A DNA stretch of 58,408 bases, counting the filler, from Dugesia japonica (Eukaryota), in the NCBI GenBank assembly GCA_001938525.1. It is 6 parts of 6 records of this genome, joined end to end, with 100 filler letters (N's around TTAATTAATTAA, not from the genome) between each part and the next. Parts side by side here need not be neighbours in the genome. Positions count along the whole stretch, not along the records: positions 29,238 to 38,144 come from MQRL01617457.1; positions 38,245 to 48,658 come from MQRL01214527.1; 4 more parts are not named here. One strand, given 5' to 3'. The notes under the pieces were generated by a model that searched no databases, was not told the DNA's origin, and saw nothing but the letters and a program-made list of their open reading frames with translations. Shown here in pieces: positions 35,740-48,714 of the stretch. The position numbers and the translations under genes were made by a program. Numbering within the stretch: the first letter of the stretch is position 1; every line of letters starts with the position of its first letter.

Positions 35740-37580
35740 GAAATCCGTAATTTTATTCTTTTATTATTATCCTTGACTTTTGATTTGATTTCTTGCAAAA
35801 CACTTGATTTTCTCTTCAAATTCATCCCGTTTCTTTAGTTCTCCGAGTCTGTCGCATCTTCTTCTTGATTATTACTGATATTACCTAAAATTCATTTCAT
35901 CTCGTTGATCTATTGATGTTTATTCGTTATTCTACAAGAACAAATATTCGAGTATCAGTTTGTTGTTTCTCTGACTACCCNNNNTTCTGCCCTCGTCTCA
36001 TTCGAAATTAATTCCTTCACCCGATGTTTATTCGATATTCTTGATAGAGAGAGAAACAAAATCTGCTTGATATTACTCTGGTATTTTGAATCTCAACTCT
36101 ACCTTTTATTCAACTTATTTTTAATCACTGATGTTCATTGCCGATTCATCTCAGTAGTCGATCCGAATTAGCCGTTGCCGACTCCTTCGACTCAACCACT
36201 TCGATCTATTTCAACTGTTATTTAACAATTCCTTCATTTCGCTGATTGTACGATAGTTGTTCCTAGTGTCAACAAACAATCACCTTTCTGGTGTTACATA
36301 GTGACTTGCTCGTATACACTGATTCATTCCATCGTTTAATTCATTTATTTGTATCATTATTATATTCATATTGCTGTTTACTGTGTCTTAATCTTGCTAC
36401 TCATCGTGCCTGAGCCTTGCATTTCTAACTCCGACAAGATTGATAACACGATCTTACACTTCTGTTTCATAATTTTGATGTTCATAGTGTTTTTATCTTG
36501 TTAACCGATCCGGAACAGTCTTTATCTTTCTAACTTTCCCGGACAGGCCAACACGATGTTTCACTTTGCGTTGATATAGTTCAGTTTAAATTCCACTTCC
36601 ATTACTTACATGATGCCTCTGACAACTCCAATTTATCATCACTTACCCGATAATGTTTTTTTTGATCGTACTATTACTACAAGTGTGATAACTCTGAATT
36701 CGTCTATTAATCATTTCATCATCTCACAGTTGTTTCATCATTATTCATTTTTGTGTTCTGCATGTTCAATCTCTGCATGTTTTGTAATACCTTTATGCTC
36801 ATTTTAAGTCAAGATGTTAAATTTCCTAGTGTAAAATCATCAATCTCTTTGTTATTCTTGCTGTTAACTCAACAATCTCATTATTAATGTTAGCTCAGCT
36901 CAATAAAAATCTAAATAATGAAAATAAATAAAATGACTGGCGTTGCCAGTCAACGATGTGCATCTTCTCAGTCTTCCGCTCATTTTAAAAACATTAAAAT
37001 TTACTTTGCTATCCTGGTAATCGATCGATTTGATGCTTTGATGATTTACACTTCTTGACTTTTTTATATCTAGATTTTTTCGGTCTAGTTTTAGTTAGTT
37101 TTTTGTGTTTTTGTTGTTTGTTTTTTTTGTTAGAATGGTCTCTCCTTTTAAACCATTCTGTATTGTCAATTTTGACATTTGATGTAGGTGTTATCTTGGA
37201 AAAAGTTTAATAGTCACTCAATCGTGCGGTGCTCACTCGCAGATTCTTCTGTTATACCTTAATATAGACATGATTATTATTTCACTTACTGTCTCGCATT
37301 GAATAAGTATAATTTTTTATTTTTCATATGACTGCCGGTGCTCAGGCGGCTTCATAGATTTTACATTGTTGATGTGTATTTGATCTATTTTCAATTCATT
37401 CGTAGATAGATGCACGGTGCCCACCCGATACATATAAATCTAATTTACCTACGATGTGCCGTGCTTACCCGTCACATATTTTATACTAATATTTGCTGGT
37501 TATAACGTGCAACGGTTTCAATACAATCTGTGATTATTGGACCGGCACGATTCAACTTTGAAAAATAATAATATTTATTG
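35740..37580 (-). mobile_element. Partial inverted copy (C) of the TG...CA element family
   Basis: Reverse complement carries CGTGCCGGTCC (37539-37549), four GTGAGCACCG-like motifs, TGTCAAAATTGACA, MSGRLRRCTSLTGNASH (from 36983) and an RLIR..TTEMNRQ coiled-coil remnant. Confidence 0.7.
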
Positions 37581-38188
37581 AAATAATAATAATTTCTGTT
37601 TTCTTGGTTTTTAAATATAAATATAAATTTTAACATGAATTAATATAAATAATTTAATAAATTTTTTTTTCCTATTTAACGTTTAACGATCTTTCATTAT
37701 CTGTAACTCTTATTTCAAAATACCAATTCTTTCTAGATAATTAATAATATTTATGTAATTAATAATAATTTTAGATAATTTCTACATTCTACAAATAAAT
37801 TTCCAACTATTCTTGCTAAATCTCACATTAACTTTGAATTACTTTTAATAATATCGGCCTTTATTTTCTTAGTTCCTGTTAATTATTTTAAATTAGTAAT
37901 ATTCAACTAAAAATAATAATAATAATTTTACATTGTATTTAGTTAAATACCTTTATAATAATAATACTATTTTCCAACTCATCGTATAATAATTTTAATA
38001 CATTTTAAATACAAATACCTCGTTGATCTATTTTACATTTCTTTTCTATGATAGTTTCACTTAATTTGCCAAAAATCTTTTATTAAATTATTTTGTTTTA
38101 ATCTTAATTTTACATTAATTACTTATTATATTCCGAATATCCTTNNNNNNNNNNNNNNNNNNNNNNNNNNNNNNNNNNNNNNNNNNNN

Positions 38189-38200
38189 TTAATTAATTAA
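38189..38200. other. Artificial scaffold-joining linker
   Basis: TTAATTAATTAA between N runs. Confidence 0.95.
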
Positions 38201-39236
38201 NNNNNNNNNNNNNNNNNNNNNNNNNNNNNNNNNNNNNNNNNNNNCTTCCATTGAAATGAAAAATTTCCAACCAAAATATTTTTTTGAATTACTCACCAAA
38301 AATATTTTTTATCAATTTTCCGCCAAAAAAAGTTTTTTAAATTTCCTTCCAAAAACAAATTTCAAAAATATCAAGACTCCCCTCTTCCCCGTTCGAAAAT
38401 ATTAAAAAACAATACTTCCTTGTTCAAAATACCGAAAATATAAACAAAAATACATCAAATACATTAAAATACCATTACTTTCATTAAATTCATCAATTTA
38501 AGCAAAATACTGCATTTTTAACCAGAATAAAGATTTCAAGAAATTATGACGTCATAACCACCAGACAGAAAAATTTCAAATAAATCTTAAAAAAACCGAT
38601 AATTAATTCTCTTTCCACACATACCAACTTCCACCTCACTTAATATTTTTTAAACACACTTTTACTACTTACAAAATAAACCATTCAAATTTAAGCCCTT
38701 AAAAAAAAATCAAACCACATTTGACAGCAACATCTTTCCCATCACATTACCTCTCCAACAAACCATCAACCAACAAATTCCATCAACCACATACAAACCT
38801 ACAACCTCACTAAAAACTACCCACAATAATTCATACGACTGTGCCTGTGTGCCAATACTCTTGTAGCAAAAAACCATTCATCCAAACTCATAAATCCTTA
38901 AGATAATATATAGACTAAATTTTTGTTCAACCACAACCAAATCTTTAAAACTACAAAAATGTGATTTCCAAGATCTCCAGATCCTCCTCCTCGTTTTTTC
39001 CACTCCTACACAGATATAACCACACACACAAACTGAACTTGACCTACTTTTTTAAACCACTTTAGCAACCCAAACACACACAAAATTAAAAATACACACA
39101 CTCAAACTTTCAGGATAAAAGAACTTGGATGTAAATTAGAATTAATATTTCTTCGTAGTGCTGCCATGTATTTTTTTATCAATTAAACAACTTTTTATTA
39201 TTATTTATCTTATTTTTTAAAAATAATATAAATTTA

Positions 39237-39488
39237 TAAAAATGGAGTAGTATTCAAATGGGCTGAATCGATCTTGTACGGTTTTTCTTTCATTTTTGAG
39301 CCGTTTCTAAATGATATCTTTCATTATTTAAATTTTATTTTTCAAATTTCCAAATTTTAACACGCTTTATGTATTTTTAATCCTTTTGAACCGAAAACCC
39401 ATAAAAGTGACCATTTTGGGTATGGGGAAAAACTGAAAAAAATCGTATTGGGCTGATTCCGCTCATTTCAATACTACTTCCACTTTTA
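39237..39488. mobile_element. MITE-like element with ~45-bp imperfect TIRs
   Basis: GGAGTAGTATTCAAATGGGCTGAATC..TACGGTTTTT versus the reverse complement of the right arm GGAAGTAGTATTGAAATGAGCGGAATC..TACGATTTTT. Confidence 0.6.
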
Positions 39489-39679
39489 GTTGATAATAAA
39501 CCTTAAAGAAAAGAGGTTTATTTTTGGAAATGCTCAGTGCCATTATGTGTGTTAAAGTTCTTTGAAAGATTCCATAATCAAGATTAAAACACGAAATTTT
39601 TGTGTGTATTAATGTATTTGTAAACTGTTCAATCTATTTTGAAAAAAGTGTAAAATATTGTTTAATTTTACCTTTTACA

Positions 39680-39870
39680 ATTGCAATTATTGCGAGAATA
39701 ATTATTGGACGTAACATTGATCGTTTTTTGAATACATAAAAATATTAGCTTCGATCAAATTTTTATTTTTTTGTTTTTGATAATAATTCAAACTTTCGAC
39801 ATGACTTTTTTTCTAGACGAATTCAAATTTTTATCAAAAACAAAAAGTAAAAATTTGATCGAAACTTATA
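39680..39870. mobile_element. Second copy of the foldback/MITE-like repeat at 18660-18856
   Basis: AGCTTCGATCAAATTTT ... AAAATTTGATCGAAACT arms and the shared upstream block. Confidence 0.55.
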
Positions 39871-41739
39871 CTTTAATTTTGCCTTCATTGTAGAAAAATT
39901 TGAATTTTTTTGTAGTTGGAATTTGATGGATAACTTTGTGTACAGTTAAGGGCTTATAAAATGCTGATATTTTAGTTATAAAAATGAAAGGGTTAAATCT
40001 ATTATTTTCAAATAATACTATAAGATGATTGAAATAAAAAAAAAATAATAGTTTTATTAAAAATATTACAATTCATGATACGACAAGGTAAATAAACAAA
40101 TAGTTGCTAAACAAATAACCAAATTTGATTTGTCATAATCACTCCAACTGAATATCGTAAATAAATAAATGCAATGAAAAAATATTAATTAAATTAATTC
40201 ATCTCATATATAAAATATAATATAAACGATAAAATATATCAAAACTATAATTTTTAACATAATTTAATTGAATTTGTTTGTGGGCATAAAATAAAGTTGC
40301 GTATGATAAAGAAATGATTAATAATTTTTGAAAATCACTCGATTTATAAATAAATAAATTTATTAAAAATAAAAAATTGTTTTTTCTTTGTTCAAATTTC
40401 TAAAATGTCTAATATATGAGATACAGTTATCCGTCGTATAACTCATATTTGTATAACGCATTTTCGTATCCCTCGTATAATGTGGGGATTTCCCACAAAT
40501 AAATTTCTGCACCATAACTTAACAGTGTATGCAATGCATACATATTTTTACAATAAGTATTATTGAAATACACGTACGTCTTTGTTCATAGCAAACTGTT
40601 TCTTTAACATTAAACCTACCGTAATTTTATACATACCTATTTCTATCACAACTGACCATTAGACCCACGTATAAAAAATTATATATTTTAAGAGTAGAAA
40701 AAACCTTTAGTTCAATTTAGTATATGAATAAAATACTTTTCAAAATAATAATTTTAACTATTTTATTTATTAAATAAAAACAAATATCTCAAATATGGAA
40801 ATTAAGTTAAGTCTGGGAGTACTATAGCGTATGTTCCTATAACGCGGTACGTATATACCGCCTTTTATTGGGAATCAATTATTTCAATTGTATAAATTAC
40901 ATTTGACATCTGATAGTTTTATTAAAATAATAGAATATACCGGGTAATGCGAGAATAAAAATGAAATGTGGTAACAAAATATTAGGTTGTTTGAAAGTAA
41001 AATTGGTTTTTCTTAGTAAAATTCAAGACTACATTTTTTATTAATAAAAACATTTTCAATTGGCAATATATTGTTCCTTTTTATCCAACACTTTATTTTA
41101 GTCCTGTCGCGGAGAAAATTTATCAAATAACAAAATATGGATAAATTTGAAGTTAAAAGTATGGCTTTATTATACATTTGTTTTGCAATCGTTAAGAAAC
41201 AGTAACTATAGACAAATGTTTAAACTATGTCAAACAACAAGCTTTTTGAAATAGTTTTTAGATTTGTTGTGATTACCATATAAAAAAAATACATTTGATT
41301 CATAGCTAATATTATAAAGTTTGATTAATAGATAATCATTTTAGTAATTTTTTAAATTTGTGTCTAAATTAATAAATAGTTATTTATAATAAGAGTTTGT
41401 TGACAATATTTGAGTGCTTAGCTTTGTGTTCAATTTTTATTACTTGTAAATATTTCTGAAATTAAAATTTAGAAAATATCATTTTTACTATGTTTACTTG
41501 TTTAAATTTAGTAGTATTAGGTGAATAGGTGCATACTGGTTCACTTGTTAAATTTATTCTATTATATACTTAATGAACACTGTCACAAATATCATTTTTT
41601 TAATAAACTATTTGTGATATAAAATATACTTTTGAAATTCAAATTTTTCTGATTCTTTTATTGTCATTATGCAAAATAATTTGAAAAACACTGGCCTAAG
41701 AAATGATATCTGAGAAAATATTCATGTTTCAATCTAGTT

Positions 41740-43720
41740 TCATAATTATTTTGAAAAGCTGTCTTCAAGGGCTTATGTAGATTGAAACAATTTTTCAGTT
41801 ATCCAAAATCACAAAGTTAAAAGAAACTATAATTCAAATGTAAACGGAAATCTATTTATTATCACATACTGCAAATACTTTGAGAAATCATTGCACCAAG
41901 GTGATCGACAACCATCAGAGATTCTAAGGGAAATGTCGAGGCATTTCAAACAGATCGATTCACAAACAGATATCAGTAACAATGCAATGCTTCGTTGCGC
42001 ATTCATTCAATCTATTCCTAAATTAATAGCACGGTATTAAATATTAAAAGATAAATCAATAAAAGATCGTGACTTACGTCTGACAAATTAATGAACGTCA
42101 AAGCTGATTTCCATTGTTCAATAAATCTATCAATCCTCAAACAACCACGCAGAAATCACTTCAATGATCTAAAGATTGAAATTTCATGATTCGACAAAAA
42201 TCAAATGAAGCAGCCAAGACAGTAAGCTCAGATGATTTATGTTATTTTCACATACGATTCAGAATAAAGGCAAAGAAATATCAATACCCATGCAAATTTC
42301 CTTCACAAAACGATCAGAGATCTCAATGATGCCGATAACTGCGATCCCAAATCTCAAATCGGTAACGTCAATATTCACAGTGCCTTGTAAAACTTCTAGT
42401 AAAAACTTCACCTTTCTCATTGACACAGGAGCAGACATCAGCGTTTTTCCATCTAAAATATGTAATGACGCAAATTTTACTGCCGCAAATAACGTTCCGT
42501 TCTGCTCTTCTGGAACAAGAAAATTGACTATTCGTATCAAAGGTTTTTATGAAACATTCTCATGGACATTCACAGTTGCTGACGTTCGTCAACAAATATT
42601 AGTCTCTGATTTCGTAGGGCACATATAGATCACTGTTCATTGCTACAAGAACCAAATTCACAGAAGAAGACAAATAGCACAATAAACTATCAAGATTATG
42701 GAACTCAGTAATCTAACAGAAATTGACGACGAAACGATATCTACACCATCAACTCAACTACACATTGTCACTTCTGACTTAAATGTAGTTCCACTTGCTA
42801 GGCGGATTTCAAAAAGTATTTTCAAAGCAGTTAGAGAAGAGTTTAATAAACTTTTGTGCCAAGAAGTGATAAAACCAAGTACGATTAAATGGCCTTTACC
42901 AATAGTTGTCAAAAACAAAGATACCTCTTATCGTCCACTTGGGAATTATCGATTTTCCAATGCAGCAACAAAGCCCGATAGATATCCAATACCTTGGATA
43001 TCAGATACTTTAGATCAAATTTCATCTAGTATAATACTTTCATCAATAGATCTTGAAAAAGCATACCATCAAACAGCAATTGCAACGAAAGACACGCACA
43101 AAACGACAGTAATCACACCTAAAATGTACCTAATGAGTACATGAAAAGGCCATGTCGGTAAAACAGCACATCTCTAACTTTTCAAAGATACATGGATCAA
43201 TTGATGGGTCAGCACCGAGAATACGCAACACTATACATTGATGATATCCGAATTTTTTCAAAATCTAATAAGGTAATTGAGAAGCATTTACAAGTGGTTT
43301 TAGAAACGCTCATGATAGCCAAACTAATATAATAAGTTTGCATACACCACATAATGTGTAAACTATGATACGATTTATTGGGACATTAACATTCTATCAA
43401 TGGATGATCTAAAATTTATCGGATATTACATGATTTAGTTGCTAGAGCCAGCAAAAATAAAAAAATGTTCAAGTGGACAGAAACTCAAGAAATGGCATTT
43501 CAATCCAACTTGTATCAGATAACAATGATAACTTCAGATCCTAATAAAAAAGTTATTTTATGTACCAATGCATCCAACACTGGATTGGGAGCCAGTCTCA
43601 ATCTTGACAGTAACGGTAAGTTACAGCCAATCTCATTCTTTTCTAAAAAAAATTAAACAAGACAAAACAGATGTATGCCACATCGGATCGTGAACTTTTA
43701 TCAATATATCTAGCATTTTA
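41740..43720 (+). mobile_element. Decayed Ty3/Gypsy gag-pol (gag, Zn knuckle, protease, RT, RNase H)
   Basis: GDRQPSEILREM, CYFHIRF..A..YQYPCKF, FLIDTGADIS, NAATKPDRYPIP, IDLEKAYHQ, YIDDI, CTNASNTGLGASL, PISFFSKK, DRELLSIY. Confidence 0.92.
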
Positions 43721-45481
43721 TGTCTAGCAATCATTTAAGATCCCTATTTATTGTTCTGCTATTATTTCTGTCATTTTGGACTTCATTTTGCATTCCAATG
43801 ATATTATATATTGAGACATCATATATTCAAATTAATCAAACATTTAATTAATATATAAATTATGAAAAGCCTAAAAACACAGAACTATTATAAAAAAGTT
43901 AAAAATCTTAATATTTATTACTAGCATTTAATTTTATATTATTATTTTTCTTAAAATTTAATTCTAATTTAAATCTATTAAAGCTTTTTCTAAATTTCAT
44001 AACTCAAGTCTTTATCTCTTTATTCTTTATCTCTACTTTTAGAATTTTGCATAAAATTATTGCTTATTTATGAAATCTTTGTCTTGACATCAAAATTTGT
44101 AAAATATCCATTTTTAACTACGCCTGACAGCTTTAGTAATTTGTTTAATAGAAATTCTTTGGTCTCCTCTTGAAATATTTCTTAAGATAACAATCCCAAT
44201 AATATTATATAAATAATACATTAATCTGTTCAATTTTAGATTAAATGAAAATTTTCCTTTAGATTAATCAAATTTGCATTTATTCAATACACAGCAAGAA
44301 AAGGTTCTGAGAGGTTTAGAAACCATAATTAGCTCGCATACTAAATAAGCGCGAGAAGGTAGATAACAACAGTAGAGATNATTNGCATAAAAGCCCACAA
44401 AGTCGAAATCATTTTCAAGTGTGACAAATTAAACATGCAAAACTGGAAGTCAATTTTCTTAATGAATGTCAGTCTACTGAGATGCATAACTTCATTGAGG
44501 AGAACAACCAATTATAAGTTATTTATTTTACTATGACGTCAAATTTAAAAGCAGATTTTGATACTTCAAAGTCCGTCACTATCAAGTAAGATTAAAAGAA
44601 ACGAAAGATGATTTTTGAAAATACATTGATAAATGTATAGCTAAAGTAAATTTTTCTTCATTGTCATTTATTTCAAGTCATTTGATAATTTTTATTGTTT
44701 TACAATTAAAAGATTTATAGAGAGAATAGTTGTTGAATTTAACCATTGATCGTATTTGAGATTTCATTAAATTAAAAACTTTGATCAATTTGTAGAAATT
44801 TCTGAGTAAGATAATAGTCGAATTCCGATAACTTCGACAAAAGAAACAAAACAACATTTTGATAGAAACTTTTAATTTAATAAAATTTTTATTTTTATTA
44901 ATTTTTTTTACCATATTCCATTTTTTTAATCTACTTTAATCGTTATGTCATCAAACCATTAGCAGGCGCAAATAGTGCATTTATGATACTTTTACCGTAA
45001 ATTAAGAATTACCAGGGTTGCTATCAGTACATCGTCAGAACAAAATAATCTTTAAAATTTTGTGCAAAAACTGTAAAAGATTATTGAGAGAAAGTCATGT
45101 GTGATCAAAAAATTAATGTTCAAACTGGTCTTTTTAAATCATTATTAAATGTTTTTAATTAATTTGATTTAGTTGGATATATTGCATAATAGCTCAAGTA
45201 ATCTAAATTTTTTTAAATATCATTTTTTTAAAAATAAAAAAATGAATAAATATTGTTTCAATAAAGAAATTTCAAAAAATAATTAAATTAATTTATTCGA
45301 AGATGACAGATATATTCCGTCAAAACATGTAATACAAAAATATATTTTTAAATGGGGTTTCAGAGTTTTTAATAATAAAAATATTAAAACTGCATTGTGT
45401 ACAGGGGAACGTTTAAAAAATTGTGTAACATTGCGAACTGAATTAATGCATACCTCTAATGAAATGTCCGAATATTCTTTT

Positions 45482-45760
45482 TCATAATATTCTTAATTTG
45501 AGCTCATCATCATATTGAATATCACAATCAGATCTGTCGAATTCATTTGTTTCTTTTGTTGTTTCTACTAATCGCGATGGTTTTCTATAAAAAATATCTC
45601 TAACGCCAAGATGTAACCCATGGTTCATACATAGAATAATTTCAGCTTCCGATTCTTTGCCAAATTTAACATTTACTGATGCTCCATCACATGTTATGGC
45701 CATAATATCATTTTTAAAACCAATCCAAATTTGTTACGTCGTTGATCAATTAGTTCTCTG
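45482..45760 (-). mobile_element. hAT transposase fragment
   Basis: IMAITCDGASVNVKFG..ILCMNHGLHLGVRDIFY (D-G-A-x-x-N and CxxH motifs). Confidence 0.8.
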
Positions 45761-45809
45761 GTTTTATATGAAAAAAAATAATAATGTTTTTAGGAACTAC
45801 TGTTTTAAA

Positions 45810-46548
45810 TAATTAAATAACGCATTTTATGGTAAAACCCTAGAAAATATCAGAAATAGATGGAATTTTGAAATTGCAGATAATTATAAAGATTATAAGA
45901 AATTTGCTTCAAAGATAAATTTTAGATCTAGTAAAATATTTACTACAAATAAAAGTAGAGAAGCGTAATCTGAAGCAATACATCTTCAAAAAAATATTTT
46001 AAAATATAAAAAATTTCCATATATTGGTTTCACTATTTTGGAATATGCCAAAGAAGTAATTTATGACTTTATTTATAATCAATTAGATAAATGCATTCCA
46101 AATAAGTATAAAATTCATTATAAGTAATACAGACTCTATATTTGTAGAAAACATTTGTCAAGATAATTTAAACAAAGCAACAAGTTAATTAGGTAATAAT
46201 TTATTTCAAATGAAAGATGAAAAACCTTATAATGAAATAGTTAAATGTAACTTTATAAAACCAAAGAGTTATATTAATCAAGATGGTAACAAAAATATAG
46301 AAACTAAACATAAAGGAGTTTTAAAAATTAATAAAATTGGAATATAACATTATGATAAAGTTTAAGTCACAAAAGAAATAATTTATGGAACTAATTATAC
46401 TCTAAAATCCCATAAACATAAAATTGAATTAATTGAACAAAAGAAAATAGCTTTGACAGGATATGATGATAAAAGATTAATAGAAGATAATGGAATAAGA
46501 ACTTGGCCTCACGGAAATAAATTTTATTGTAAAAATCATAAACAGTAG
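45810..46548 (+). pseudogene. Second Polinton pPolB C-terminal remnant (absent from ORF track)
   Basis: NNAFYGKTLENIRNR, YIGFTILEYAKEVIYDFIY, QMKDE, KPKSY, KHKGV, KIALTGYDDKRLIEDNGIRTWPHG. Confidence 0.85.
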
Positions 46549-46908
46549 CATTTAAGATTAGATAAATTAGCAGGAAAATTAAATTATAATTTAATATAAT
46601 TTCAAATCTAAAATTCAAAAAGTTAAAAAAGTGAATAAATTTTATTGTAAAAATCATAAACAGTAGCATTTAAGATTAGATAAATTAGCAGGAAAATTAA
46701 ATTATAATTTAATATAATTTNNNNNNNNNNNNNNNNNNNNNNNNNNNNNNNNNNNNNNNNNNNNNNNNATTCATTTCTAAAATGTAAAATGAAAAAAGTT
46801 GTGCAATTAATTTCTAAAATCAAAATCTTTAAAATCGAAACCTGCAGGTTTTGAAAAATTAAAATTTAAAAATGACAAGCACGATATTCATTTCTAAAAT
46901 TTATTTCT

Positions 46909-47605
46909 TCAATTTATAATTACTTTTTGTTGACTTTCAATTTGTTCTTCAAGTTCCTTTAAAATATCACTATTATATTTAACTTCTTTTTTATTTTCAT
47001 GTGAAATAAAATCTTTAATTTGCTTAACCATAATTTTGCTTGTAGCAATTTCTTCATCAGTTAAAATGTTGTCAGATAAAGCTTTATATTGAAATAATAA
47101 TAATTAAATTTTTTACTGTTTATAACTCATGAATTAATTTTTGGTATTTCCTCTTTTTAGATGTTATTAAAGATACATTTAAAGTTACAATTACTGGAAT
47201 ACAAGGAATTGTTATTAAAATAATTTTAATTAATCCACGAATAACTCCGCCAACACCAAAAGTTCCTAAAAAAAGTAAAACAGTTCCAGTTATTCTTACA
47301 CATGTTCCTATAAATATTTGTGTAAATTTTATTGAAGTATCTAGCCTCGACCATCTTTTATAAAAGTTTTTATAATGTTTAGTTTTATCATCAATAAAAT
47401 AAAGATCTGATTCAAAATCTGCAATTCTTATATTTGATAATTTAGACTTTAGATCTTTAATAGTGTATTCTTGATCTTTTTAAATATATTTTTCTAAACC
47501 TGGATTTATGTTTGGATCTTCGCAACCTAAACAAATTTGTGGATATAGATTTTTATTTTCACCTTCAACCAATATTTGCTCATTTAAATCTTCTTGCTCA
47601 TCCAT
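46909..47605 (-). pseudogene. Probable Polinton accessory membrane ORF
   Basis: KHYKNFYKRWSRLD, then a Gly-rich hydrophobic stretch (TGTVLLFLGTFGVGG), then KALSDNILTDEE; resembles a recurrent Maverick ORF; convergent with pPolB. Confidence 0.5.
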
Positions 47606-48702
47606 TTTATTTTAGAGATAATTTAGAGTAATTTAATATTACTAATTTAGAATATGATTTTAAGTAATCACTTAAAATAATAATTTTATAAATATAAATA
47701 TTTTTAGGTAAAATTAAAGTAACTATATTTACAATATATTTATCAGTTAATAGAATTTCTGGATATTTTTTAAAAGGTTTAAATTCTTGTTTTTGAATAT
47801 TTTTGGAATATTATCAAGCATTACATATATTTCAAAAATGAAATATCACAATATCCTTGAATTATAAAATAAGCTTTATCTTTTAACATATTTAAACGAA
47901 AATAAAGTTCTAATGATTTTTCAAGGAAATAATATTTATTAACTATTCTTCCTTTTTATTTTAAAGGGTTGTATTAAACCAAAATAACTTAGTTAGTCAT
48001 TCTTAATAATAAAAGTGGTTTATATAAATATTAATACATTATTAAACTTACCATAACTTTTTAAAATAAGAAATGGAAAATAATTATCAATTATTTCTTT
48101 AATCCTGTTTAATAAAAGTTGTTCGTAAAGTTTTTTAGATGATGCTTGTTTTTTTAATTTATCAATGTAATCATTAATTTCTTTTAGGAATTTCTAAAGG
48201 AATTAAAGGATCATTCATCATTTGTTTATTAAAATTGATTTTGTAATTTAGTTTTCCAATTCTGAATTAATTTTATGAAATTTTTCAGGACAACAATTAC
48301 TAGATAAACTATTATCTCTTTCCGGAGTTTTGTAATTTTTTCTAAGATGGAGGGTATCTCTTGTTTAACTTGTATATTTTCAAAATCACTATTTGTTTGT
48401 GTTAGCTCATATTTTATGTCACTTTTCAAAGAAATAAAAGATTCATTTAATTTAATAATTAAATCACTTTTGATTTTAATACATTGCTTATTATTTTCTA
48501 AAGGTTGTTGAATATAAATATATTGATTATTTATCCTTTTATTCTAATTTAGTAATTTCATTTTTAATTTCATTATTTAAATATTTTAAATTCATTTTTA
48601 GGTTCATTAATAATTTTCAAATAATTAATTGAATATCCACTTTCATTAACAAATCTTGNNNNNNNNNNNNNNNNNNNNNNNNNNNNNNNNNNNNNNNNNN
48701 NN

Positions 48703-48714
48703 TTAATTAATTAA
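48703..48714. other. Artificial scaffold-joining linker
   Basis: TTAATTAATTAA between N runs. Confidence 0.95.

Noticed and set aside
40422-40893. Possible pogo/Tigger-like MITE (CAGTTATCCGTCGTATAAC..)
   Set aside because: Right end does not form a convincing inverted repeat
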